Source of the DNA: Candidatus Izemoplasmatales bacterium
GTDB taxonomy: Bacteria; Bacillota_I; Bacilli_A; Izemoplasmatales; Hujiaoplasmataceae
Reading direction: 5' to 3'
Assembly: GCA_050949045.1 (NCBI GenBank)
Contig: JBMNEZ010000001.1
Location: 352,001-416,000 of the forward strand
Length of the DNA: 64,000 nucleotides
Below are positions 19,088 through 27,974 of this stretch, in pieces. The translations under genes were made by a program, and so were the position numbers. The notes beneath the pieces are model-generated. The model did not search any database. It was not told the origin of the DNA and worked only from the letters and a program-made list of their open reading frames with translations. How positions within the stretch are numbered: the first letter of the stretch is position 1; each line of letters opens with the position of its first letter.

Positions 19088-20149
19088 TCATTTACTTTTT
19101 TGATAAGCGAGGATCTCCGCTTTCAAGACCGGGATGATTTCTTCGGTTTTCAGTTTTCTCTTGAAGGCACCGTCAAGATAAAGCAACGCCTCGTTGTCTC
19201 CGCCAAAGACGGCGATGTCGGCCTCACCGGCCTCGCCGGGACCGTTGACAACACAGCCCATCACGGCGACCTTGATCGGCTTCTTGATGCCTTCAAGAAA
19301 GGCTTCGATCTCGGTGGCGATTGAGATCATGTCGTATTGGATTCTGCCGCAGGTCGGGCAGGAGATTAAGATCGGTTTTTGATAGAGGTTGAAGTTGGCG
19401 AGGATTTCTTTCGCAACCTTGATTTCCAGCAGCGGATCGGAGGTCAGCGAAACCCTCAGCGTCGAGCCGAGCCCCTCTTCAAGCAAGACCCCGAGGCCTG
19501 AGGCGGAACGAATGGTCCCCGAGAAGAAAATGCCCGCCTCGGTGATGCCGAGATGCAGAGGATAAGCGAAGCGCGTTGCGGCGAGCCGGTTAGCCGCGAT
19601 CGTGTCCAGCATCGAGGTCGATTTGAGAGAAACGACGATGTCATAAAATCCAAACTGCTCGAGCAGTTCAACATGATAAGCAGCCGAGCGGACCATTGCT
19701 TCCGGAGTGGGACGGCTGAAAGCTTTTAAGATATGCTTTTCCAGCGACCCGGAATTGATGCCGATCCGGATCGGGATCATTCTTTCTTTGCAGGCATCGA
19801 CCACGGCTTTGATCTTGGCCTTGTCGCCGATGTTTCCGGGGTTGATCCTGATCTTGTCGCAACCGGAGTAAATCGCCTCAAGGGCGAGGCGGTGGTCGAA
19901 ATGGATATCCGCGACGAGCGGGATGCCGATCTTTTCTTTGATCTCTTTGATGGCTCTTGCGTCTTCAAGATCAATAACGGCGACGCGGACAAAAGTCGCT
20001 CCCGCCTGTTCGAGGGCGTTGATCTGGCTGATGGTCTTGACAATGTCTTTGGTTTTGGTATTGGTCATACTTTGAATCAGGACTTGGTCGTTTCCGCCTA
20101 AAATCAGGTTTCCGACCTTGACCGATCTGGTTTCACTACGCTTGTGCAT
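19088..20149 (-). CDS. ispG: (E)-4-hydroxy-3-methylbut-2-enyl-diphosphate synthase
   Basis: IQSMTNTKT, PLVADIHF, RINPGNIG, SCPTCGR, AVMGCVVNGPGEA. Confidence 0.97.
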   Translation of the reverse strand: MHKRSETRSVKVGNLILGGNDQVLIQSMTNTKTKDIVKTISQINALEQAGATFVRVAVIDLEDARAIKEIKEKIGIPLVADIHFDHRLALEAIYSGCDKIRINPGNIGDKAKIKAVVDACKERMIPIRIGINSGSLEKHILKAFSRPTPEAMVRSAAYHVELLEQFGFYDIVVSLKSTSMLDTIAANRLAATRFAYPLHLGITEAGIFFSGTIRSASGLGVLLEEGLGSTLRVSLTSDPLLEIKVAKEILANFNLYQKPILISCPTCGRIQYDMISIATEIEAFLEGIKKPIKVAVMGCVVNGPGEAGEADIAVFGGDNEALLYLDGAFKRKLKTEEIIPVLKAEILAYQKSK

Positions 20150-20288
20150 TTTTTGATCACCCGAGTAGATTATACACCATCAGAGCGGTATCCGGTTATA
20201 TTTCCGGCGAGAATTCCCTGATTTTGTCACAAGCAGGACCGATCAAAGCGATCCCGTGATAAAATAAAAAAGGGTAGTGGAGGCTAAT

Positions 20289-21824
20289 ATGCGATCGATA
20301 TCAGGTGTTTTCATGTCCAAGGCGAGAGTTGAAGGCGAACTCAGGCGCTTTGAGCGCCGCGAACTAGATATTGCGACTTATTCTCATCAGACCGATGCGG
20401 CGGAATGGGAAAGGTTTTTGGCTGCGAAGGAACGATTGGCCGCCAGGCTCGACAGCGAAATCCAAGAGGGGGCGAACAGCGGTTCGCTCCAGGCGGAGAT
20501 CATCGCCTCGCACAAGTGGGTGCTCGAAGACCAACTACTTAACGACAAGATTGAAAAACTAATCGATTCCGGCAGGCCTGCGCTATTGGCCGTCAATGAA
20601 GCGAAAAGTATTCTTCAAGAACAACTCGTTCAAGCCGAAGAGGAATATGTACGCGAGCGCCAGTATGATGTCGAGGATGTTTTGAACCGCCTCATGCATG
20701 AACTTCAAGATCAACCTGCGATGCCTTTTTATAATGCAGGCGAATATATCTTCATTTCCGAACGCTTTCTGCCTTCGGAGGTGATCGCGCTCTACAAAGG
20801 AAATGCCAAGGGCATTCTGTGTAAGGAGGATTCTCCCTTTTCTCACAGTGCGATCATTGCCCAAAGCCTTGGGCTCCCCTATGTTGTCCAGCTTAAAGAT
20901 GGTTTCGATCATTTGATTGAGGGCATGAAGGTCATGATCGATGGCGAGAACAAGATCGTCATCATCAATCGCAAGTCAGCTGGTGACGAGCATCCCGCCA
21001 CGGCAGGAAGCCCTACTGAGGAGCGTGTTTCGCTCACAAATGCATATCGCGACAATCATCCCGAACTTCGGCTGACACTCAGTTCCCTGAAGGAAATCGA
21101 GACAGCCGCTGCCATCAGGAGTGAAAATGTCGGTCTGATCAGAAGCGAGTTTCTGTTTCTCGACCGGGATGTCCGCCTCGATGTCAGTGCCCAAGAACGA
21201 GTCTACAAAAGCATTTTTGCCATGCTCAAGGATCGGGAAGTAATCATCAGGACCTTTGACTATCGGGGTGAGAAGCAGGCGGCCACAGTTAGAAAAGACA
21301 CCGTCGTCGATAGGGATCTGACTCTCAAATTTCAGCTTGAGGCCTTGTATCGTGCGTCTTCATCCAAGAGACTCAAAATCATGTTTCCGCTCGTCTTGGA
21401 TCAGATCCAAGCTGAAAAATGCCTCAGGATCGCCCGAAATGTCAAACATGAGCTCTTGTTAAAAGGTTTAGCCAATCTTAATTTAGTTGAACTGGGGGCG
21501 ATGATTGAGACCAGAGACTCAATCAAGAAGATCCCGATGATCGCCCCTTTGTTTTCGTTCATCGCCCTTGGCACCAATGATATCCTCGAGTCGATCGCCC
21601 ATCAAAGACGAGACCAACTGGAAAAAAGAAAAGACGACGCCTTGCTGAATCGGGAATTGAGGGAGCTGATCAGACAGGCCGCAAGCGCCTGCAAGCGGCT
21701 TTCCATACCCCTGGGGATCTGTGGTTTGTACGCGGAAGACCCTGACAATCATGATTTTTTCAAGGAAATCGGCGTCAGTTATGTTTCGGTTTCATTTGAA
21801 GCGCTTGGAAACGACGATAAATAA
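20289..21824 (+). CDS. ptsI: Divergent PTS enzyme I (PEP-protein phosphotransferase)-like protein
   Basis: Phospho-His motif SHSAIIAQSLGLP, plus VGLIRSEFLFLDR, IIRTFD, IMFP, MIET, GTND and GICG. Confidence 0.8.
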   Translation: MRSISGVFMSKARVEGELRRFERRELDIATYSHQTDAAEWERFLAAKERLAARLDSEIQEGANSGSLQAEIIASHKWVLEDQLLNDKIEKLIDSGRPALLAVNEAKSILQEQLVQAEEEYVRERQYDVEDVLNRLMHELQDQPAMPFYNAGEYIFISERFLPSEVIALYKGNAKGILCKEDSPFSHSAIIAQSLGLPYVVQLKDGFDHLIEGMKVMIDGENKIVIINRKSAGDEHPATAGSPTEERVSLTNAYRDNHPELRLTLSSLKEIETAAAIRSENVGLIRSEFLFLDRDVRLDVSAQERVYKSIFAMLKDREVIIRTFDYRGEKQAATVRKDTVVDRDLTLKFQLEALYRASSSKRLKIMFPLVLDQIQAEKCLRIARNVKHELLLKGLANLNLVELGAMIETRDSIKKIPMIAPLFSFIALGTNDILESIAHQRRDQLEKRKDDALLNRELRELIRQAASACKRLSIPLGICGLYAEDPDNHDFFKEIGVSYVSVSFEALGNDDK

Positions 21825-21854
21825 AAACGACTGAATCCGGACTCAGTCGTTTTT
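21823..21854. terminator. Bidirectional terminator
   Basis: AAAAACGACTGA...TCAGTCGTTTTT between convergent genes. Confidence 0.75.
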
Positions 21855-22280
21855 CTCGATGACAGTTTTTATTTCGGCGACGATTTCATCGAAGCGGGGG
21901 TATTCTCCCATCGCAAAATGAGGGTTGATCTCGCCGATCAGAGTGCCATTTTGATCAAAAAGGCCGATGACCCTGATTTCTCGGCGATCCATTGTTTTTT
22001 TCAGGATCCTGATTTCGCTCACCGCTTTCAAATCATAGACGATTTTTTGGAAGATATGAAAGTATAGTTTGCCGGAAACAGGATCGATCTTGATTTTGGA
22101 GTTGAAAATGATCAGGGAATAGAATGTGCAGAGCAGGATGACAAATCCGGCAAAGACATAGAAGGCGACTCCCAAAGTAAGCCTCATGATGATGAATGCA
22201 AGATAGAATGACAAAAAGAAAAGATCGATTAAAACACAACCGATTTTCTGCTTTTTGGATGTTAGCAAGAATCTTTTCAT
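21843..22280 (-). CDS. Hypothetical membrane protein (2 TM plus soluble domain)
   Basis: 145-aa ORF with GGGTGA RBS and a TATAAT upstream. No recognised family. Confidence 0.65.
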   Translation of the reverse strand: MKRFLLTSKKQKIGCVLIDLFFLSFYLAFIIMRLTLGVAFYVFAGFVILLCTFYSLIIFNSKIKIDPVSGKLYFHIFQKIVYDLKAVSEIRILKKTMDRREIRVIGLFDQNGTLIGEINPHFAMGEYPRFDEIVAEIKTVIEKND

Positions 22281-22562
22281 TGGTAATCACCCCATATAAT
22301 TATACAATAACAACCGCTTATCCCTAAACCTGATTTTACAAATGAGGCAAAAAAGGTTCACAGCCTGTGAAATAGTGCATTTTAGAAGGCGGTAATGCGG
22401 AAACCGAAGCGGCGGATTGTTCTTAAATATGACGAGAATGTTCAAAAGGAGAATTACTGATAATCCTGAAGATTATGATATAATAGAGTCGGTTAATGAG
22501 TTTGATATGGATGATCTCAAGACATTTATAGATACCATCAAGCGATCGCGGAGGGATATGTC

Positions 22563-22772
22563 ATGCATCCTTGGATCTCGATGGATCCTTTCATCGTCCT
22601 CAGCCTTGTCAACGCGAAACTCAGGAATTTTTACTCAAGCCTTGAGAACCTTTGTGAGGATCTGGATATCAAGCAAGAACTGCTAGTCAAGAAATTATTT
22701 GACATCGGTTATTCTTACAATGAACACCACAACGCTTTCATCAGTGTCGAAACGGATTGCGACAATTGTTAG
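22563..22772 (+). CDS. DUF4250 domain protein
   Basis: MDPFIVLSLVNAKLRNFYSSLENLCEDL...KLFDIGYSYNE pattern. GGAGG RBS. Confidence 0.85.
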   Translation: MHPWISMDPFIVLSLVNAKLRNFYSSLENLCEDLDIKQELLVKKLFDIGYSYNEHHNAFISVETDCDNC

Positions 22773-22914
22773 TCTTTGTTTCAACAAGCCCAATGTCGGA
22801 GATCGTGCATATTTCGTAACCAAATAATATTCAGGTAAACACACAAGAGAATATAAAGTCTATTGTCCTTGAAAACGATTATTGACAACTAAGAAAGGGA
22901 AGGAAAGAACTGAC

Positions 22915-23322
22915 ATGTGTTTCAGCGACAAGATCAAAAACATTTTCAAAAGGAAGCCGCAAACAGCAAAAGAGACCGACGAGCAACCCGATAACCTCTC
23001 GGTCAAATCGATGGAAATGAAGTACGAAAACGGCGATTATATCGGTGCGGCAAAAGACTTGAAAAACCTGCTTGAAGAATATGGCCGCCGTAAAATGAAG
23101 AACCATCGTTACAAAGGGAGAAACTTCATCTATTTTCTTCTCAGCAACAAACAAAAAGATCTGAAGAACACCGGGTATCTGCACTGGCAAAATATAACTG
23201 ATTATCTGAGGCTCAATCAGGCAAAGGTCTATCCATATCATAAAAACAACCTGAGAAATGCGATGGATTTCTTTGAAAAAGAAGTCAAGGGCCTGTTTGA
23301 GATCAATAAACCAAAAATTTGA
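22915..23322 (+). CDS. Hypothetical protein
   Basis: ORF with AAGGA RBS and protein-like composition. No clear family. Confidence 0.65.
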   Translation: MCFSDKIKNIFKRKPQTAKETDEQPDNLSVKSMEMKYENGDYIGAAKDLKNLLEEYGRRKMKNHRYKGRNFIYFLLSNKQKDLKNTGYLHWQNITDYLRLNQAKVYPYHKNNLRNAMDFFEKEVKGLFEINKPKI

Positions 23323-23684
23323 GAAGAAGATTCAGTAAATAGCTGTGATTATGAGAATGCAGAAAAGCAAAAACAATCGTCATTTTTGATGATTAAGTAA
23401 AGGATCAATAGATACAAAAAGAACTTAATGAAGGCCCATTTCATTATTGAATTGGACTTTTGTATTTGAGAATACCAGCCGGTTTTGCCCGGTTACAGTA
23501 TTTGAAGCACTTAGCTATGGCTAATCATCCATGAAGAATTGACTGATTTTTCATGCTTGTGTTGGAATTATCGTTTGATTTGATATATAGTATAACTATA
23601 GGTGTGCTTCAAATATGGGCCTTTGGCAATGATGCCTAAAGAATAATGCCCGTTTTTTAAACTAATCTATCCACGAGGTGAACG

Positions 23685-24290
23685 ATGCGAATTCACTTCC
23701 ATAAAGATTCAGCCGAGGCCGAGTTTCTCCTCAAGCGCGACCCAACCTTGAAACCGTTGTTCGATAAGACCGATCATGTCAGTTTCGAGGTTGGCGGCGA
23801 CCATTTTATGATGCTTGTCGATGCGATCATCGGCCAACAGCTTTCCTCCAAGGCAGCCGCGAGCATCCTCATAAGGGTCAAGGAGCATTTTGAAAACAAC
23901 GTCACTCCAGAGAAGATCTTGGCTGCCAAGGAGGATGAACTGAGAGATCTCGGACTTTCTTGGCAGAAAGTCAGTTATCTGTGTTCGCTCGCGGAACTGA
24001 CCAAAAACGGGGAAATCGATTTTAAAAGAATCGAGAGTTTGAGTGATCGGGAGATCACCGAGATGCTGATCAGGGTGAAAGGAATCGGGAAGTGGACCGT
24101 GGAGATGTTTTTGCTTTTCTCCCTCGGGAGAAGAGATGTGTTTTCCAGCGGTGATCTCGGGATCAGAAATGCGCTCAAAAAACTATATCAGAGAGAATTC
24201 ACGCCAAAGGAAGCGGAAAGGCTTGCGGAAAGATGGAAGCCGTACCGGTCCATGGTGACCCACTTCCTCTGGCATTATCTTGAGAATTAG
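23685..24290 (+). CDS. alkA: DNA-3-methyladenine glycosylase II (HhH-GPD)
   Basis: IIGQQLSSKAA, HhH motif VKGIGKWT, GDLGIR, WKPYRS. Confidence 0.9.
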   Translation: MRIHFHKDSAEAEFLLKRDPTLKPLFDKTDHVSFEVGGDHFMMLVDAIIGQQLSSKAAASILIRVKEHFENNVTPEKILAAKEDELRDLGLSWQKVSYLCSLAELTKNGEIDFKRIESLSDREITEMLIRVKGIGKWTVEMFLLFSLGRRDVFSSGDLGIRNALKKLYQREFTPKEAERLAERWKPYRSMVTHFLWHYLEN

Positions 24291-24309
24291 ATAGAAAGGG
24301 GATTCGATA

Positions 24310-24696
24310 ATGGATAAGATCGCGGTTGTGAACCATTTTTGGTATTTGTTTGATAGGCAGGACTGGGACGGTTTGAAAAGGCTCTTTCATCCCGAATGCA
24401 AGATCGCTTGGCCGAACACCTCGGATGATTTTACCCCCGAGGAGTATATCAGTCTGAACAGAAAATATCCGGGATCATGGAAAATCGAAGTCGAGGATGT
24501 AATCGAGGCGAAAACCAAGGCTATCTCCGTTGTCAGGATCAAAAGCAAGGACAGCTGCCGGTCTTTGAGAGGCATCGGCTTTTTCACCTTTGAGGATGGT
24601 TTGATTTACCATCTGCTCGAGTATTTCGCTCCTGATACACATAAGCCAGACTGGCGTTCAAAGAAGTGCAAAACAACCGGTTTAAATCATTTGTAG
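24310..24696 (+). CDS. SnoaL/NTF2-like protein
   Basis: FW..FDRQDWDGL..LFHP...WP...YPG.W and C-terminal PDWR. Confidence 0.75.
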   Translation: MDKIAVVNHFWYLFDRQDWDGLKRLFHPECKIAWPNTSDDFTPEEYISLNRKYPGSWKIEVEDVIEAKTKAISVVRIKSKDSCRSLRGIGFFTFEDGLIYHLLEYFAPDTHKPDWRSKKCKTTGLNHL

Positions 24697-24773
24697 TAAC
24701 TATGTCATGGAAGTGATCAGCTATTGCGGGTCATCATATAAGTAAGATCTATTATCCTAATGGAGGAACAAAG

Positions 24774-25652
24774 ATGGGCAAATACAAAATCGTCACCGAT
24801 TCATGCATTGATCTGCCGGCTGAACTGGCAAAAAAACAGGGTCTTGAAGTGATACCGCTCAGCGTGATGGTCGAAGGCAAAGTCTACTACGACCATCTTG
24901 ATGAGCGCGACATCAGTTACAAGGATTTTTATGGATTGTTGAGGGAGAAAAGAAAGGCAACGACCGCGCAACTCAACCCCGAGCATTTCAAGGAGGCCTG
25001 GGAAGGTTTGTTGAAAGAGGGCTACGACATTTTATCGGTCTCGTTCTCGAGCGCTCTTTCCGGCACTTATCAAGCCTCGCTGACGGCTAAAAGCGAAATG
25101 GAGGCGAAATACCCGGAGCGAAAGATCATCACGATCGACAGCAGGTCTGCCTCGATGGGACAAGGCCTGCTCTTATTCTTGGCAAGCGAGAGGCAAAAAG
25201 CGGGGATGTCGCTTGACGATTTGGCGAAATGGGTCGAGGACAACAAACTAAGAGTTGTGCATTTGTTTACGGTCGATGATCTAAACCACCTCAAGCGGGG
25301 CGGGCGCCTTTCCTTCGGCAGAGCCTTTCTCGGCACCCTGATCAAGATCAAGCCCTTGCTTCATGTCGATTCCTTGGGGAGGCTTGTCCAGTTTGGGATG
25401 GCAAGAGGAAGGATCCACGCCCTCAACAAACTGCTTTCACGTATGGAAACGACCATCGATAAGCCGGAAGAACAAGAGATTTTTATCTCTCATGGCGATT
25501 GTATTGAAGATGTCGAGTACTTGGAAACAGAGATCAAGAAGCGTCTCAAAGTCAAAGAAGTCCGCTCTAACTATGTCGGCCCTATCATCGGTTCCCATTC
25601 GGGACCGGGAACGATCGCGATTTTTTATCTCGGCAATGACAGAACCGAATGA
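24774..25652 (+). CDS. DegV/FakB fatty-acid-binding protein
   Basis: KIVTDS, SSALSGTYQ, LKRGGRLS, IGSHSGPG. Confidence 0.93.
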   Translation: MGKYKIVTDSCIDLPAELAKKQGLEVIPLSVMVEGKVYYDHLDERDISYKDFYGLLREKRKATTAQLNPEHFKEAWEGLLKEGYDILSVSFSSALSGTYQASLTAKSEMEAKYPERKIITIDSRSASMGQGLLLFLASERQKAGMSLDDLAKWVEDNKLRVVHLFTVDDLNHLKRGGRLSFGRAFLGTLIKIKPLLHVDSLGRLVQFGMARGRIHALNKLLSRMETTIDKPEEQEIFISHGDCIEDVEYLETEIKKRLKVKEVRSNYVGPIIGSHSGPGTIAIFYLGNDRTE

Positions 25653-25688
25653 GCGAAAAACCAGCGCTAATCAAAGCCCCATTTTCAG

Positions 25689-25725
25689 GCACCGGGAACA
25701 TTTTCCCCGGTGCTTTTTGTTTTTT
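25689..25725 (+). terminator. Intrinsic terminator
   Basis: GCACCGGG...CCCGGTGC followed by a T tract. Confidence 0.8.
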
Positions 25726-25794
25726 CACTCCAAACAGGCCGATTGATGGTATAATAAATAATAAGAACATGACGGAAATTAGAGGTGATTCAGC

Positions 25795-26217
25795 TTGAAG
25801 TTCAAGAAAATGACCTTGATGACCGACAGGATCGAGTATCGTAACAACAATCTCGCCCACGGCGAGTTCAAGTTGAAACCGATGTTGTCACGGGAAATCA
25901 AGAAGTTGAACATGAATGTCTATTTCACTCGTCTCAATCTCAAAATCGAGAACTCGCGGGAAAACCCCTTTCCGATCAATTTATCGATCAGTCTCAGGGG
26001 CGTTTTCGAGTTCGATGACATCTTTGATGAGAGTGAAGTCACGAGTTTTCTGAGAAAGGAAGCCGTCGAAATACTCTATCCCTATCTGCGCACCTTAGTT
26101 ACTAATGTCACGACGATGGCGCTCATGCCTCCGATTGTGCTCCCGATAGTCGATATCGCCAAACTGTTTCCGGACACGACCGAATCCCAAGCGAGTTTCA
26201 ATATCAATATCCAATAA
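25795..26217 (+). CDS. SecB-like chaperone
   Basis: PFPINLSISLRGVF...AVEILYPYLRTLVTNVT...PPIVLP pattern of SecB-family proteins. Confidence 0.78.
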   Translation: MKFKKMTLMTDRIEYRNNNLAHGEFKLKPMLSREIKKLNMNVYFTRLNLKIENSRENPFPINLSISLRGVFEFDDIFDESEVTSFLRKEAVEILYPYLRTLVTNVTTMALMPPIVLPIVDIAKLFPDTTESQASFNINIQ

Positions 26218-26222
26218 GCGAT

Positions 26223-26299
26223 AGCGGCAGCCTGATTGGCTGCCGCTTTCAAATGCAGATATTGACAAGGCTTTGTTGGAATATAACGAGGCCTTTTTT
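26223..26299 (+). terminator. Tandem intrinsic terminators before glycan cluster 1
   Basis: AGCGGCAGCC/GGCTGCCGCT (26223-47) and AAGGC...GCCTTTTTT (26267-99). Confidence 0.7.
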
Positions 26300-26500
26300 A
26301 TTGTGCCGATGGTTGATGAAAAAGGAGGACATCAATAACGACACCAGAAAGATTTAGCTGATCAATCGTTTCAAACGACAAGTCACAATTAATGAAATTG
26401 TACAAGACACTTAATCTCAAATGTGGTAGAATATAAAAAAGCAAGCATAAGCCTGCTGCTTTTGTTCTGTACGACAATCTTTGCTCAAGAAGGTAATCCG

Positions 26501-27973
26501 ATGGACAAGAACTTCTTCAAAAGGAATTACTCAATCTTAAGAATATTGGAAATCGTCATTGATGCGTTGATGATTGTTTTTAGTTTTATGTTTTCTGTCG
26601 CTGTCATAGAGGCAATCGCGGGAGAAAACTTTTTCTTGACTTTGAGAGATATTTTTACCGGTCTTTTTGACCAGTACGCTACTATTTTCAGAACTCAAAT
26701 ATTGTATATTATTCTGATTCTTTTCTTTTTTGTGATATACGAATCTAGTGTGATGAAGAAGAAATACTCTGATGTCATCACTGCGATAGTTCTGGCATTG
26801 ACAATGAGTTCGGTTACGCTGATTGTCATTTCCTTTATTTTTCAACGGCTACTTGTGCCGCCACTTACCTTGGGTGTCACACTCATCGTTCAAATAATAC
26901 TGTTTTCCTTTTACAAACTCTTGTTGTATCTTTTTGTCAGAAAAATCAATGTCAGGAATGTTATGATCGTTGGTCCGAAAGATGAGACTCATGAGTTCGC
27001 CGCCAAGTTTTTGCTTGAAAAGCATGACAATAATACGCTCAAGTACATTTTGTATGATCGAAAAGTCCGGTTTGACGAAAACTTGATTGACTATATCGAT
27101 AAAGTCGATGACATCTACATTACCTCCGGCACAATGGAAGACAATAAGAACAACATCCTTACTTACACTCAGACGAAGCGATATAAGGATGTGTATCTCG
27201 TCCCGAAACTCTATGAGATTAATATTATCAATTCAAAACCAGCTCAGATCGGCGATACGCCCTTGTTTTTGATTCAGTCTTTACATTTGACTTTGGTTCA
27301 AAGAGTTATTAAAAGATTGTTTGATCTGGTGCTGTCCATCATAATATTGACTGTATTATCACCGCTAATTTTAGTGCTCGCAATCATCATCAAACTTCAA
27401 GATGGAGGCAGTGTGTTTTATAAGCAAGAACGGATCACTTACGGCGGGAAGCCGTTCATTCTCTATAAGTTTCGCTCGATGATCGTCGATGCCGAGGCAA
27501 AAACCGGTGCGATCCTCGCACAGGTCAATGACGATAGAATCACAAAAATCGGGAAATTTTTGCGCAAGTCGCGACTAGATGAACTTCCTCAACTATTCAA
27601 TGTTATCAAAGGCGAAATGTCATTGATCGGACCAAGGCCCGAACGGGAAATCTTCATTAAGCAGTTCGTCAGCACCATACCGGACTACAAATACCGGATC
27701 AATGTCAAACCAGGAATCACCGGCCTTGCCCAAGTGCTTGGAAGATATAACACGGATCCCGTCGATAAATTGCGTTTTGATTTGCTTTATATCAGAAAGT
27801 ATAGCATTTTCCTTGATATCAAGATTATGCTATTGACAATCAAGGCGCTTTTCGATGTCCGCAGTGCGGAGGGAATCGTTCACAAACAGTCGTTTTTTGA
27901 AGTCATTGAGAAACTGAAACTTCACTATAAGGAAGAGGAAAATATGTTGTTTATCGAGAAAGAGGAACGCTGA
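26501..27973 (+). CDS. Priming polyprenyl-phosphate glycosylphosphotransferase (WcaJ/CpsE type)
   Basis: N-terminal TMs plus KRLFD, YKFRSM, RLDELPQLFNV, GPRPER, KPGITGLAQV. Confidence 0.92.
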   Translation: MDKNFFKRNYSILRILEIVIDALMIVFSFMFSVAVIEAIAGENFFLTLRDIFTGLFDQYATIFRTQILYIILILFFFVIYESSVMKKKYSDVITAIVLALTMSSVTLIVISFIFQRLLVPPLTLGVTLIVQIILFSFYKLLLYLFVRKINVRNVMIVGPKDETHEFAAKFLLEKHDNNTLKYILYDRKVRFDENLIDYIDKVDDIYITSGTMEDNKNNILTYTQTKRYKDVYLVPKLYEINIINSKPAQIGDTPLFLIQSLHLTLVQRVIKRLFDLVLSIIILTVLSPLILVLAIIIKLQDGGSVFYKQERITYGGKPFILYKFRSMIVDAEAKTGAILAQVNDDRITKIGKFLRKSRLDELPQLFNVIKGEMSLIGPRPEREIFIKQFVSTIPDYKYRINVKPGITGLAQVLGRYNTDPVDKLRFDLLYIRKYSIFLDIKIMLLTIKALFDVRSAEGIVHKQSFFEVIEKLKLHYKEEENMLFIEKEER

Positions 27974-27974
27974 C

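Noticed and set aside
22357..22371. Palindrome TTCACAG-C-CTGTGAA
   Set aside because: Single short site whose arm orientation does not match a Rex box, with no second copy or cognate regulator.
22417..22686. 89-aa ORF overlapping the DUF4250 gene
   Set aside because: It spans the promoter (TGATATAAT near 22476) and overlaps a recognisable gene in another frame.
23600..23660. Possible TPP or fluoride riboswitch upstream of alkA
   Set aside because: The conserved core motifs of these riboswitches are absent. Kept only as an unassigned structure.
26322..26361. Strong AAGGAGG followed by ATA and an 8-codon frame
   Set aside because: Possibly the relic of a deleted gene start, but too short to support.
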